DNA of 64,000 nucleotides from an uncultured Chloroflexia bacterium (GCA_963825525.1 CAWGTN010000002.1:992001-1056000), one strand, 5' to 3'. Shown: positions 17,904-29,417, counted from the stretch's first letter. Translations and numbers: made by a program. Notes: generated from the sequence alone by a model not told the origin.

Positions 17904-20036
17904 TCAGCCCCGCGCCGGATCCACCTTCGGCAGCCGCGTCTTGCCCTCGACCAGGAAGTGGCGGAACCACTCGTCGATCAGGCGCAGGTTATCCACCCGC
18001 CGGAACGGCGTCCCGGAACGGGTCAGCTCGTGCGACTCGTCCGGTACCCGCATGAGCCGCACGGTCTTGCGCAGCGAGCGCAGGACGGAGAACAGCTCCT
18101 CCGCCTGGGTGACCGTGCAGCGCAGATCCTTCTCGCTGTGCTGGATGAGGAGCGGCGTCGTCATCTGGGTGACGTAGGTCAACGGAGAGTGACGGCGATA
18201 GAGGTCCCAGTCCTCCCACGGATGCACGCCGTACTCGTACAGGCCGAAGGTCGGGCCGCCGATGTCGCCGGAAAGCATCTGGCTCACCATGTCGTTCACG
18301 CTTCGGCAGGTCACCGCGGCCTTGAAGCGGTCCGTGTGGCCGACGATCCAGCTGGTCAGGTACCCGCCGTACGAGCCACCCGTGACCCCCATGCGGTCGG
18401 GATCGGCGAGGCCATCGGCCACGAGGCCGTCCAGGCCGGCCATGCAGTCGCGCATCGGGCCGTCTCCCCAATCGGCCATGTTGGCCGTGAGGAACGCCCG
18501 GCCGTATCCCTGCGAACCGCGGGGGTTGCAGGCGTAGACGCTGATGCCCGACGCGGCCAGCAGCTGCCACTCCCAGATCAGCGACCAGCCGTACAGGGTG
18601 CCCGGCCCACCGTGGATCTCGAGGATCACGGGCGCAGGCGCACGCTTCGTGCTCGCCGGGGACTCCAGGAACCAGCCCTGGATGCGTCGCCCATCGACCT
18701 CGTGCCAGCGCTCGACCGGCGTCACCAGCCGGACGTCGCCCCACGCCTCGGCCATCAGGCGGCTCAGCGGGCGCAGCCCGACGCTGTCGTCACCGGTCAG
18801 GCGCCCGGCCGGAACCTCGCCCACCACGACGTCGGGCGGCTCCGTCGCACTGGCCCGCACCGCGGCGATCCGCGCACCGCCGCGCGATGCTGCCGCGCTT
18901 GAGAATCGAGTCAGCTGATGACGCCCGTTGGTGAGCCGTTCCAACCGGCCACCGTCGAGCTCGACCCGCCACAGCTCCAGGCTGCCGTCCACGGGAGCCC
19001 CGAACATGAGCCAGCGGCCGTCGCCGATCCAGTGCAGCGATGCCTCGCCGCCACCGAGCAGGTCGCTGTTCATTGCGGCGGCGGCCTCGAGATCGGCATC
19101 GGCGATGAGGTCCTCGGCGTGGCCATCGCGCAGCCTGAAGCGCCATACCGACGCCTGCTGGATCTCGCCACGCTTCCAATCCCGCGTCCCGACCGCAGCG
19201 ATCCATTTCCCGTCCGGCGACCACGCCGGCGCGCCCCACGACTGCCGGCCTCGACCCGGTGACAGCTGGGTCACCTTCCGGCTGCCGACGTCGACCAGGT
19301 GAATGTCGGTGCGCCAACCGAGGTCGGGGTTGGGATGGCGATCGGAGACGAACGCGATTCGCCGGCCGTCGGGTGACCAGCGAGGGTCTCGGTCGTGGTG
19401 ATCGCCACGCGTCAGGAGCTCATTGGCGCCCGTGGTGGCGTTCACCAGCCAGAGGTGCTGGAACTGGTCGTGAACAAAGCCGGCGCCGTTGAACTGGTAG
19501 CCCAGCCGGTCGATGAGTCGGGTGTCGGGCGCGGGCGGGTCTCCGGGCCGGCGGTCCTTCGGCTTTTCGGGCTCGGTCGAGGTGGCGCCGCTCACGACAC
19601 ACAGCCGCCCCCCGTCCGGCGACCAGTCGATGGCCCCGACATCCTTCGGCAGGTCCGTCAGCTGTCGAGCCTCGCCGCCGTCGGCAAACGGGAGGAGCCA
19701 GACCTGCGTTCGCCCCTCTTTCGGGGCCTCGCTGCTGCCGGGCTTCGCGCCGCCGCCTCCGGCCTGCAGGATCGCCGCACGATCCGAGAGGAAGGCGAGG
19801 GTCCTGCTGTCCGGGCTCCAGCGCGGCGCGGTGTCGCTCGTCGACCCGACCGTGATCTGCCGCGCCTCGGTCGATCCGTCAGCCGCCGCGACCCAGAGTG
19901 AGCTGCGGTAGCCATCCTTGCCGGGGGCAACCGACTTGACGCTGAACGCCACGTGGCGGCCGTCGGGGGACAGGGCGACGTTGGTCGGGACGCGGAGCTG
20001 GTAGAGGTCCTCGGGACGCGGCGCGCGAGCGGCCAT
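17904..20036 (-). CDS. S9 family peptidase with beta-propeller
   Basis: WSPDG repeats, IHGGP, GGSYGG, DLRC, ESH. Confidence 0.95.
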   Translation of the reverse strand: MAARAPRPEDLYQLRVPTNVALSPDGRHVAFSVKSVAPGKDGYRSSLWVAAADGSTEARQITVGSTSDTAPRWSPDSRTLAFLSDRAAILQAGGGGAKPGSSEAPKEGRTQVWLLPFADGGEARQLTDLPKDVGAIDWSPDGGRLCVVSGATSTEPEKPKDRRPGDPPAPDTRLIDRLGYQFNGAGFVHDQFQHLWLVNATTGANELLTRGDHHDRDPRWSPDGRRIAFVSDRHPNPDLGWRTDIHLVDVGSRKVTQLSPGRGRQSWGAPAWSPDGKWIAAVGTRDWKRGEIQQASVWRFRLRDGHAEDLIADADLEAAAAMNSDLLGGGEASLHWIGDGRWLMFGAPVDGSLELWRVELDGGRLERLTNGRHQLTRFSSAAASRGGARIAAVRASATEPPDVVVGEVPAGRLTGDDSVGLRPLSRLMAEAWGDVRLVTPVERWHEVDGRRIQGWFLESPASTKRAPAPVILEIHGGPGTLYGWSLIWEWQLLAASGISVYACNPRGSQGYGRAFLTANMADWGDGPMRDCMAGLDGLVADGLADPDRMGVTGGSYGGYLTSWIVGHTDRFKAAVTCRSVNDMVSQMLSGDIGGPTFGLYEYGVHPWEDWDLYRRHSPLTYVTQMTTPLLIQHSEKDLRCTVTQAEELFSVLRSLRKTVRLMRVPDESHELTRSGTPFRRVDNLRLIDEWFRHFLVEGKTRLPKVDPARG

Positions 20037-20179
20037 CGGCGGCGGTACTCCACTGCGGTGCTTGACGGGACGGGCGGATGGTCAGTGTAGCCAAGGACAC
20101 CCGACGAACGGTGGTCGGCCACCTCCGCTGCTGCTGCTGCTGCTCGGCGCGATGGAGGCCTAGATATCGGCGGGACTAG

Positions 20180-20222
20180 TACCAGTTCGTTGTCGTCGAC
20201 GCCTCGATCTCACCGGCCGACG
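20180..20222 (-). repeat. Diverged copy of the trxB 3' end
   Basis: 38/43 nt identical to 20488-20530; encodes SAGEIEASTTTNWY* versus SVGEIEASTATNW*. Confidence 0.85.
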
Positions 20223-20239
20223 TAGGGAGTGCGGCTTGT

Positions 20240-20464
20240 TCAGCTCCGGTGCGCGTTGCGCTCGGGGACACGGCCGAGCTCGTCCTCGATCGTGGAGCCA
20301 CCGATACGGCCCACGTACTTGAACCGATCCGCCGCTACGATCGCATCGGTCCGTTCACGGTCCCGCGCGGCCGAGAGGCCGGCACGTCGGCCCGGGTCAT
20401 GCTCGTTCCCCCGTCGCGAGAAGCGGCGGCCAATCCTGCCGAGCTGTGCGATGAGCCACGCCAT
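20240..20464 (-). CDS. Small hypothetical protein (74 aa)
   Basis: GGGGAGGGG RBS before ATG (MAWLIAQLGRIG...); lies between the two trxB tail copies. Confidence 0.5.
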   Translation of the reverse strand: MAWLIAQLGRIGRRFSRRGNEHDPGRRAGLSAARDRERTDAIVAADRFKYVGRIGGSTIEDELGRVPERNAHRS

Positions 20465-20486
20465 GTCGCCCCTCCCCGCATTGTCG

Positions 20487-21497
20487 CTACCAGTTCGTGG
20501 CGGTCGACGCCTCGATCTCGCCGACCGACGCGAGCCATCGCTCGGCGTCAATCGCCGCCTTGCAGCCGTCGCCGGCCGCCGTCACCGCCTGGCGATAGTG
20601 GCTGTCATGGACGTCACCGGCCACGAAGACGCCCTCGATCCCCGATCCCGTTTCGCCGACGACCTCGAGGTAGCCGCCCTTGCCGACCTTCAGCTGGCCC
20701 TCGAACAGGTCGGTGTTCGGCTTGTACCCGATCGCGACGAAGAGCCCCTGCACCGGCAGCTCGCTCGTCTCGCCGCTGTCGGTGTCGCGCACCGTGAGGG
20801 ATGTGACGGTCATCTCGCCCTTCACCTCGGTGACCTCGCGGTTGAACTGGATCTCGATCTTCGGATCCTTGGCCGCGCGGTCCTGCATGATCTTGCTGCC
20901 GCGGAACTCGTCGCGGCGAACGAGCATGGTGACCTTGTCGGCAAACCGGGTGAGGAAGGTCGCCTCCTCGAGCGCCGTATCTCCCCCACCGACCACGGCG
21001 ACCTCGCGTCCACGGAAGAAGAAGCCGTCGCAGGTCGCGCATGCGCTGACGCCGCGCCCGCGGAACTCCTCCTCGGAGGGCAATCCCAGCCACAGGGCCG
21101 ATGCGCCGGTCGCGATGATCACGGCATCGGCGCGGTACTCGTCGTCGCCGACCCAGATCCGGTGCGGACGCTGGCTGAAGTCGACCCTCGTGGCGTCCTT
21201 TTCGATGATCGTGGAACCGAATCGCTCCGCCTGCTCGCGGAACTGCTGCATGAGCTCGGGCCCCTGGATGCCGTGCGGGAATCCGGGGTAGTTCTCGACA
21301 TCGGAGGTGATCATGAGCTGGCCCATCGGCACATTGCCGGCGATGACGAGCGGCTCGAGGTTGGCGCGAGCGGCATAGATGGCGGCGGTCAGTCCGGCAG
21401 GTCCGGAGCCGATGATGACGACCTTGCGGTGGCGGGTATCGGCGTGGTCGTGATCGGGGATCGGGTTGGCGGTCGAAGGGGGAACGGTGGCGGTCAT
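20487..21497 (-). CDS. trxB: Thioredoxin reductase
   Basis: IIGSGPAG, VENYPGF, CATCDG, GGGDTA, YRQAVTAAG. Confidence 0.97.
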   Translation of the reverse strand: MTATVPPSTANPIPDHDHADTRHRKVVIIGSGPAGLTAAIYAARANLEPLVIAGNVPMGQLMITSDVENYPGFPHGIQGPELMQQFREQAERFGSTIIEKDATRVDFSQRPHRIWVGDDEYRADAVIIATGASALWLGLPSEEEFRGRGVSACATCDGFFFRGREVAVVGGGDTALEEATFLTRFADKVTMLVRRDEFRGSKIMQDRAAKDPKIEIQFNREVTEVKGEMTVTSLTVRDTDSGETSELPVQGLFVAIGYKPNTDLFEGQLKVGKGGYLEVVGETGSGIEGVFVAGDVHDSHYRQAVTAAGDGCKAAIDAERWLASVGEIEASTATNW

Positions 21498-21637
21498 ATC
21501 GTCTCAAGTGTAACGCGGCGAGGAAGGCGCCACTGTGAGTCGGCTGACGCCGTCGAGTCATGCGCAACCGCACCGGGCAGCGTAGAGGGGACGTGCACGA
21601 CGAGGGCCTATCATCGATCGGTGAACCCGGTCGATCC

Positions 21638-22348
21638 TTGCTGACCGCGCTGGAGCGCGTGCGCCGGACGCTGCCCCTATCGTCACGCGCCGACCTGGAC
21701 GAGCTCCTCGACAGCGGCCAGCTGAGCACGAGCGAGGTTGCGGCAAACCTTCGCGACCTGGCGCGGCTCAACCGGCTGCCCGGCGGGAGCGCAACCAGCG
21801 CGCGGGCGATCGAGCGCCTCACCGCATCGCGGAGCGCGAGTGTCATCGATGTCGGAACCGGCCTGGCGGACATCGCGCGGGCGTTCGCGCGTCGATCGTG
21901 GAGCATCACCGCCGTCGACACCAATGCCCAGGTGCTGGCCCAGGCGCGGCGTCATGTCGGCGAAGCCGTGAAGCTCATCGAAGCCGATGCGCGCGCCCTT
22001 CCCTTCCCCGACGGGTCATTCGACGTGGCGCACTGCTCGCTGCTCATCCACCACCTCGACCCGTCCGACGCCATCGCCGTCCTTCGTGAGATGGCCCGGG
22101 TCGCGCGATGCGGCGTGATCATCAACGACCTGCGGCGCGGACTGCTTCCGCTGGTCGCGACCGCGGTGAGCGTCGGAGCCCTCGGGCGGAGCCGCGTCAC
22201 GCGGGTCGATGGCATCACGTCCGTACGGCGCGCCTACACCATCGGCGAGCTCGACGAACTCATCGTCGCCGCCGGATTGCGCGTCGCATGGCGTTCCGCG
22301 GGCTGGATGCCAAGGGTCGTCACCGCCGCCACGCGGTCCGTCTCATGA
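21638..22348 (+). CDS. SAM-dependent methyltransferase (start approximate)
   Basis: ELLD...NLRDLARLN, IDVGTG, SLLIHH, INDLRR, DGITSVRRAYT: the type usually encoded beside polyketide synthases. Confidence 0.9.
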   Translation: MLTALERVRRTLPLSSRADLDELLDSGQLSTSEVAANLRDLARLNRLPGGSATSARAIERLTASRSASVIDVGTGLADIARAFARRSWSITAVDTNAQVLAQARRHVGEAVKLIEADARALPFPDGSFDVAHCSLLIHHLDPSDAIAVLREMARVARCGVIINDLRRGLLPLVATAVSVGALGRSRVTRVDGITSVRRAYTIGELDELIVAAGLRVAWRSAGWMPRVVTAATRSVS

Positions 22349-23514
22349 CGCGGCTCGACGTCCTCGTGATCGGCGCCGGACCCGCCGGATCGGCGCTGGC
22401 AGCCGGCCTCGCCCGTGGTGGCGCCTCCGTCGCGATGGTGGAGGCCGCCTCGCATCCGCGCCCCAAGGTGTGTGCGGAGTACGCCAGCCCGCGCATCGTC
22501 GAAGAGCTGGCTCGCATCGGCATGCCCGGCTCGTGGCGCTCCACGGCCGTCGCGCTGGACGGGATGGACCTTCACGCCGGCCGTCGTCTCGCGCCGATCC
22601 GCTACGCGGACGCAGGCGGAAATCGCACGGCCTGGGGCGTTGATCGGATGACATTCGACGCGGCCCTCGCCGATCACGCGTCCGCCTCAGGGGCTGCGCT
22701 CCGTGAAGGGACAAGGCTCGTCTCCCTCATCGCCGATGGGACGCGGGTTCGCGGTGCACGGGTGCGCGACGCGCGCAGCGGCGCCGAGGAGGTGCTGCAT
22801 GCCGATTGGGTCGTGGGCGCCGATGGCACGCGCTCGACGGTCAGCCATCTGCTCGGGGTGGATCGCGCCGTTCGATTCCCGCGACGTCTCGGGCTGGTGG
22901 CGCACTACTCGGGCGTCGAGGGGCTCACGAATCACGGCGAGATGCACGCCGGCCATGGCTTCTATGTCGGCCTGGCGCCGACGCCCGGCGGCGAGCTGAA
23001 CGTGGGCATGGCACTCCCGATGACCGACCGCAGACCCGCAGCCGAACGCTTCGCCGAGGCAATCGCACTGCTTCCCGCAGTCGCCGACCGATTGCGCGGC
23101 AGCCGACGGCTGACCCCGATCCGGGGCGCGTCACCGATCGGGCACCGCGTGTCCGACACCGCAGGCGCGGGGTGGCTGCTCGTGGGTGACGCGGCGGGGT
23201 TCGTGGACCCGTTCACCGGCGAGGGCATCCATCGCGCGCTCCGATCCGCACGGGCCGCAGCAGGCGCCATCCTGGGCGGTGGCGACGTGGCATCGGCCTA
23301 CCGCGCCGAGCGACGTCGCGCCTTCGCCGCAAAGAGCGCGCTGAGCTGGCTCGTCCAGGGCTTCCTGGCGGCACCGGCGGCCCTCGAGCACGTGGTCGGA
23401 CGCCTGGAGTCGCGGCCGGGGGCGGCCCTGCGCCTCGGCTCGGCGCTCGGCGACCTTCGCCCGGCGACCGATGCGCTCACGCCGCGGGCCGTTCTCGAGG
23501 TGCTGGCCCCGTGA
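22345..23514 (+). CDS. FAD-dependent oxidoreductase (geranylgeranyl reductase/monooxygenase-like)
   Basis: IGAGPAGS, PRPKVCAE, GADG, GDAAGFVDPFTGEGI. Confidence 0.92.
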   Translation: MTRLDVLVIGAGPAGSALAAGLARGGASVAMVEAASHPRPKVCAEYASPRIVEELARIGMPGSWRSTAVALDGMDLHAGRRLAPIRYADAGGNRTAWGVDRMTFDAALADHASASGAALREGTRLVSLIADGTRVRGARVRDARSGAEEVLHADWVVGADGTRSTVSHLLGVDRAVRFPRRLGLVAHYSGVEGLTNHGEMHAGHGFYVGLAPTPGGELNVGMALPMTDRRPAAERFAEAIALLPAVADRLRGSRRLTPIRGASPIGHRVSDTAGAGWLLVGDAAGFVDPFTGEGIHRALRSARAAAGAILGGGDVASAYRAERRRAFAAKSALSWLVQGFLAAPAALEHVVGRLESRPGAALRLGSALGDLRPATDALTPRAVLEVLAP

Positions 23515-23957
23515 AGAGCACGTTGCACGAGATCATGCGAGCGCCGTGGGAGCGCATCTTCCCCCTGGCCGCCGATGTCGAGCGCTGGCCGGAGATCCTG
23601 CCCCACTACCGCTACGTCCGCCCGGTCGCGGATCCCGACGGTGAGCGACGCTTCGCCATGGGCGCGCGGCGCGGCGCGATCCCCGTCAAGTGGGAGGCGA
23701 TCATCCGGCCGATGCGCGAGCAACGCACGATCGAGTTCGTCCACACCGGTGGCGTGACCCGCGGGATGTGGGTCGCCTGGCGCTTCGAGCCGGTCGACGA
23801 CGGCACCGACGTCAGCATCGAACATCGGCTCGACCTGGGATGGCCCGTCATCGGCGAGTTCGCGGCACATCGGGTGATCGGCCCCCACTTCATCGAGGCG
23901 ATCGCCGGTAAGACGCTGCGCCGGATCCGTGCGATCGCCGAAGGAGGGCCGGCATGA
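23511..23957 (+). CDS. SRPBCC/START polyketide cyclase-dehydrase family protein
   Basis: LAADVERWPEILPHY, GMWVAWRFE; translationally coupled (GTGA). Confidence 0.88.
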   Translation: MKSTLHEIMRAPWERIFPLAADVERWPEILPHYRYVRPVADPDGERRFAMGARRGAIPVKWEAIIRPMREQRTIEFVHTGGVTRGMWVAWRFEPVDDGTDVSIEHRLDLGWPVIGEFAAHRVIGPHFIEAIAGKTLRRIRAIAEGGPA

Positions 23958-25183
23958 GGCGGCGCGTGGTCATCACCGGGATCGGCGCGGTGACCCCGAT
24001 CGGGACCGGGGCCAGCGGGCTGTGGGATGGCGTGATGGCGAACGCCTCGGCGGTGCGCCGCATCGACCGCTTCGACGCGAGCCCCTTCCCCTCCCGGATC
24101 GCGGCCCAGATCGACGACTTCGACCCCGCCGACCACCTCGAGGCACGGCGAGCGCGCCGCCTGGATCGGTTCAGCGCGCTGGCGGTCGTCGCAGCCCGCC
24201 AGGCCTATGAGGCCGGCGGGCTCGAGGCCCACGCGGGTGAGCGAACCGGCGTCTTCATCGGCTCGGCGCTGGGCGGGACCGCCTTTGGCGAGGAGCAGCA
24301 TGCCGCGTATGTCGCCCGGGGCGTGCGGGGCGTGGCACCGACCCTGGCGCTGGCCGTGTTCGGCGGGGCGGGGGCCAGCAACATCGCCATCGACCTCGGC
24401 CTGACCGGGCCGGCGGTGGGAAACGCCAACTCCTGCGCGTCGGGGGCGGTGGCCATCGGCCAGGCGCTGGATGCCATTCGTGGCGGCACCGTGGACGCGG
24501 CGCTGGCCGGCGGATCGGAGGCGCCGCTGGCACCACTCACGTTCGGTGCCTTCGCCATGATCCGCGTGCTGTCCCAGCGCAACGATGATCCGGAGCACGC
24601 GTCCCGCCCGTTCGACGTCGCGCGCGACGGGTTCGTGATGGGCGAGGGCGCCGCGGTGATGGCGCTCGAGGAGCGCGAGGCCGCCCTGGCACGAGGCGCC
24701 CGCGTGATCGCCGAGGTCGTGGGGTACGGGGCAAGCAACGACGCGTACCACATGACCGCGCCCCGTCCCGATGGACGCGAGGCGGCGCGCGCCGCGCGTA
24801 CCGCGATCGAGGATTCGGGCATCGATGTCAGGCGCATCGGCTACATCAACGCCCACGCATCCAGCACGCCACTCAACGAGCCGGCCGAAGCTCGGGCCAT
24901 CCGCGCAGCACTCGGCGACGCGGCGGGCGACATCCCGGTCTCGGGCACGAAGGGGCTGTACGGGCACGCCCTGGGCGCGTCGGGAGCCATCGAGGCGGCG
25001 ATCACCGCCATGGCAATTGATCGGGGCATCCTGCCGGGCACCTGCAACCTCGAAACGCAGGATCCCGACGTGGACCTTCGCGTTCTGCGCGAGGCCACGC
25101 CGCTGCGCGTTGATGCCGCCCTGTCGACATCATTCGGCTTCGGCGGCATGAACGCGGCGCTGGTCCTGGCCCGGCACGACTAG
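23954..25183 (+). CDS. Beta-ketoacyl synthase (FabF/KS-alpha-like)
   Basis: VVITGIG, NSCASG catalytic Cys, INAHASST and GHALGASG His pair, SFGFGG. Confidence 0.93.
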   Translation: MRRRVVITGIGAVTPIGTGASGLWDGVMANASAVRRIDRFDASPFPSRIAAQIDDFDPADHLEARRARRLDRFSALAVVAARQAYEAGGLEAHAGERTGVFIGSALGGTAFGEEQHAAYVARGVRGVAPTLALAVFGGAGASNIAIDLGLTGPAVGNANSCASGAVAIGQALDAIRGGTVDAALAGGSEAPLAPLTFGAFAMIRVLSQRNDDPEHASRPFDVARDGFVMGEGAAVMALEEREAALARGARVIAEVVGYGASNDAYHMTAPRPDGREAARAARTAIEDSGIDVRRIGYINAHASSTPLNEPAEARAIRAALGDAAGDIPVSGTKGLYGHALGASGAIEAAITAMAIDRGILPGTCNLETQDPDVDLRVLREATPLRVDAALSTSFGFGGMNAALVLARHD

Positions 25184-25572
25184 CCGGTGGCGCCCTCTTC
25201 AACCGACTGGTGGATGGCCCACTCCAGGGCGTCCTCGAACGCCCTCGTCCCGGCGGCCTTGTCCACGACGACCGTGGCGCGGTCCTCGCAGATCATCGAC
25301 GGCAATGAGTCGACCGAGCTCCCGGTCCAGTAGATGACGGGCATGTGCGGATACCGGTGGCGGGTGGCCAGGAAGAGTGCGGCGCTCAGCTCGTGCTCGA
25401 GGCGCCAGTCCAGGATGACGATGTCCGGCTCGGGAGCCGTGCGCAGCGCCGCCAGGAAGGCGATCGGCATTCGAAAGACCGATGGCGCCATCTCGTTCGC
25501 CTGGCACAGGTCGGCCGCCAGCGTCGCGGCCTGGATCTCGTCCTCGACGATCCATACCTGTCGCGCACTCAT
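25180..25572 (-). CDS. Stand-alone response regulator receiver protein
   Basis: IVEDE, ILDW, YWTG, VDK; no output domain. Confidence 0.85.
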   Translation of the reverse strand: MSARQVWIVEDEIQAATLAADLCQANEMAPSVFRMPIAFLAALRTAPEPDIVILDWRLEHELSAALFLATRHRYPHMPVIYWTGSSVDSLPSMICEDRATVVVDKAAGTRAFEDALEWAIHQSVEEGATG

Positions 25573-25659
25573 GGCCCCCGGCCCCCGCTCACTGTCCACG
25601 CCCCGTCGGGGGTGCACGCCGCGTGCCGATCTCACGGTCCCGCTCTACCATGAAGCGGC

Positions 25660-26881
<1,222 letters not shown>

Positions 26882-26901
<20 letters not shown>

Positions 26902-27307
26902 CACTCGGCAGCTGCTGGCCGGGGAATTCCTCGTCGCGTGGCCAGGCCGTTGCCAGCGCAGGGCCACGTGCCGGCAGAAGGATCCGAACGGGGTAAGCGT
27001 CGCCGGCCTGGAGGTCGGCCGGCACCGCTGCACGGTAGATCGTGGTCCCGTCAACGAACACCCGCAGCGACCCGCTGACCTCGTACAGCGGGATGATGAC
27101 GTCCCGGCAGCTTTCGATCAGGGCCGAGCCAACGTCAAGCGCCCCTGCATCGGACGCAAAGCCCACCTCGACATGCGCGGGTCCGAAGTTGCGAACCGCC
27201 AGGTACAGGGTCGGACCGTCGGTGTTGGGTACGGCCGGATCGAGATCGCGACCGAGCGGGTTGCAGGCGGCGAGCAGCAAGGCGGCGGCGACCAAGCAAG
27301 GTTGCAC
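26882..27307 (-). CDS. Hypothetical lipoprotein
   Basis: LLAAC lipobox; [10 protein letters not shown]...C...VFVDG...terminal Cys; paralog of the adjacent gene; start uncertain. Confidence 0.65.
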
Positions 27308-27318
27308 GTATCGCCAGG

Positions 27319-27764
27319 TCAGCCGCACCCGGGCATGACCATCGGGATGGGCGGTGGAAGGGTGGCGACCACGAGTCGCCCGCCAACCTCGGGAACCCCG
27401 TCGGCTCCGATATCGACCTGGAGCACGAGATACGCATCGGCGGCGATCCCAGCCGGAACGGTGTCCTCGTGGACGAGGGCCCCGTTCACGAAAACCTGGA
27501 AGGATCCCAATATCGGACCAAACGGGATCGGTCAGCCGCTGGCACGCTCCGACGCTCCCTACCCGCCGCCGCTGGAGTTGGGGGCTGTGGAATCGTATCC
27601 GACGTCGACCATCTCCGGCGATCTGTTGAAGACCAGCAGCGCGAGCGTCGGCCCGAGGACCCCGGCCCGACCGGTTGTGCCGGCCCTTCCTCGATCCGCT
27701 GCCCGACGGGGAAGCATGCGCTGAGCAGCACGCAGAGAACGGCCGCCACCGCAGGGATCCTCAT
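27319..27764 (-). pseudogene. Paralogous lipoprotein, disrupted by indels and a stop
   Basis: LLSAC lipobox; GPTLALLVFNRS...FQVFVNG...MPGCG split across frames. Confidence 0.6.
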
Positions 27765-27768
27765 CGGG

Positions 27769-28509
27769 CTACCTGCGCGGCTCCCAGCTGAAGAAGCGCA
27801 GGGCACCGACGACGCCGATGAGCCCCCATCCGGCGATCACTCCGAGCTCCACCCACGGGAAGTCCGTCGCGCCACCGGTCGTGTAGAGGCCGATCATCGC
27901 GTCGGCGAAGTGGCGGACCGGCAGGATGTGGCTGACCGCATCGATCCAGTCGGGCGCGTTCTCGATCGGGATGAATACGTTGCTGATGAACAGCACGGGC
28001 AGGATGGTGGCGTTCACGACGGCCGGCGCGGCGTCCGAGTTCGGGATGAGGCCGGTCACGGCCAGCCCCAGGGCACAGAACGACGCCGATCCGACGACAA
28101 GCACGAGCAGGACGGTGGGCATGGCCGCCCACGGGATCTCCACGTTGTAGGCCAGCGCGCCGAACCCGGCGACGATGACGACCAGCAGGAAGCCGATGAT
28201 GACGGCGTGTCCGATCCGTCCGGCGAGATACGCCCACGGCGGCAACGGGGTGCCGCGGATTCGCTTGAGAATCCCCTCGTCGCGGGCGATCGTCACCGTC
28301 ATGGCGAGGTTCGTGTACGTCGCGGTGATCACGCTGAAGACGATGATCGCCGGCGTGAAGAAGGCCGATGCCCCCTCCCCGAACAGGACGTTGAAGATGA
28401 CCATGAAGATGAGCGGGAAGGCGAACGTGAAGAACGCGGCGGGCGGATTGCGCCAGAACGCGCGGTTCTCGTAGCGGATCTGGCGCAGTGCCAGCGCGAG
28501 GCCATTCAT
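27769..28509 (-). CDS. ABC-2 type transporter permease
   Basis: FWRNPPAAFFTFAFP, REGILKR-like motif RDEGILKRIRGTPL, six TM segments. Confidence 0.93.
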   Translation of the reverse strand: MNGLALALRQIRYENRAFWRNPPAAFFTFAFPLIFMVIFNVLFGEGASAFFTPAIIVFSVITATYTNLAMTVTIARDEGILKRIRGTPLPPWAYLAGRIGHAVIIGFLLVVIVAGFGALAYNVEIPWAAMPTVLLVLVVGSASFCALGLAVTGLIPNSDAAPAVVNATILPVLFISNVFIPIENAPDWIDAVSHILPVRHFADAMIGLYTTGGATDFPWVELGVIAGWGLIGVVGALRFFSWEPRR

Positions 28510-29417
28510 TCGACCACCTCCGCATCGGCGGTGAGCTGGAGGTAGACGTCCTCGAGCGATCGCCGGCTGACCTCGAGGTCGACGAGGTCCGTTGCCGTCT
28601 CCATTGCCCAGCCGGTGAGAAGGTTCAACGTTCGGGTTGGCGCGTCGGTCTCGACCTCCCAGCCCGACGTGGTCCGCGCCGCACGCACCGACTCCGGGGG
28701 CACCGCATCGCCAGCCAGGCGGAATCGAATGCGGGTCGCGGACGACGTCGCGCCGATCAGCTCGTCCGCGGTTCCCCTGGCCACGATCAGGCCATCGGCA
28801 ATGATCGCAAGACGGTCGGCCAACGCCTGCGCTTCGTCCATGAAGTGGGTGGTCAGGAAGATCGTCTTGCCCAGTGCCGCCAGCCCGCGGATCGTCTCCC
28901 ATGCCTGGCGGCGCGCCGATGGATCGAAGCCGGTGGTCGGCTCGTCGAGGAAGAGCAGCTCCGGGTCTCCCGCCAGCGCCACCGCCAGGTCGACGCGTCG
29001 CCGCTGTCCACCCGACAGCTTCTTGACCCGCTGGTTTCGCTGCTCGGTCAGCCCGGCCAGGCCGATCACCTCGTCCACGTCACGAGGCGCCGGGTAGTAC
29101 CCCGCGATCATCTCGACGACCTCGCGGACGGTGAGGTAGAGGTCGACGCCGGTCTGCTGCAGCACGATCCCGACACGCTGCTTGAGGGCGGCCTCGTTGC
29201 GGCCGGGGTCGTGGCCAAGCACGCTGACCTCGCCCGCGGTCCGGGCGCGGTGCCCCTCGAGGATCTCGACGGTGGTCGTCTTGCCGGCGCCATTCGGCCC
29301 GAGCAGTGCGAACACTTCGCCGCGCTCGACGCGCAGGTCGATGCCGCGGACGGCTTCGAGAGAGCCGTAGGTCTTGCGGAGGCCGCGCAGGTCGATGGCT
29401 GCGTCAGCCAACGTCAT
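28506..29417 (-). CDS. ABC-2 type transporter ATP-binding protein
   Basis: GPNGAGKTT, LSGGQ, FLDEPT, TTH. Confidence 0.95.
   Translation of the reverse strand: MTLADAAIDLRGLRKTYGSLEAVRGIDLRVERGEVFALLGPNGAGKTTTVEILEGHRARTAGEVSVLGHDPGRNEAALKQRVGIVLQQTGVDLYLTVREVVEMIAGYYPAPRDVDEVIGLAGLTEQRNQRVKKLSGGQRRRVDLAVALAGDPELLFLDEPTTGFDPSARRQAWETIRGLAALGKTIFLTTHFMDEAQALADRLAIIADGLIVARGTADELIGATSSATRIRFRLAGDAVPPESVRAARTTSGWEVETDAPTRTLNLLTGWAMETATDLVDLEVSRRSLEDVYLQLTADAEVVE

Noticed and set aside
20125-20144. Short (GCT)n trinucleotide run
   Set aside because: Too short and intergenic; no evidence of phase variation
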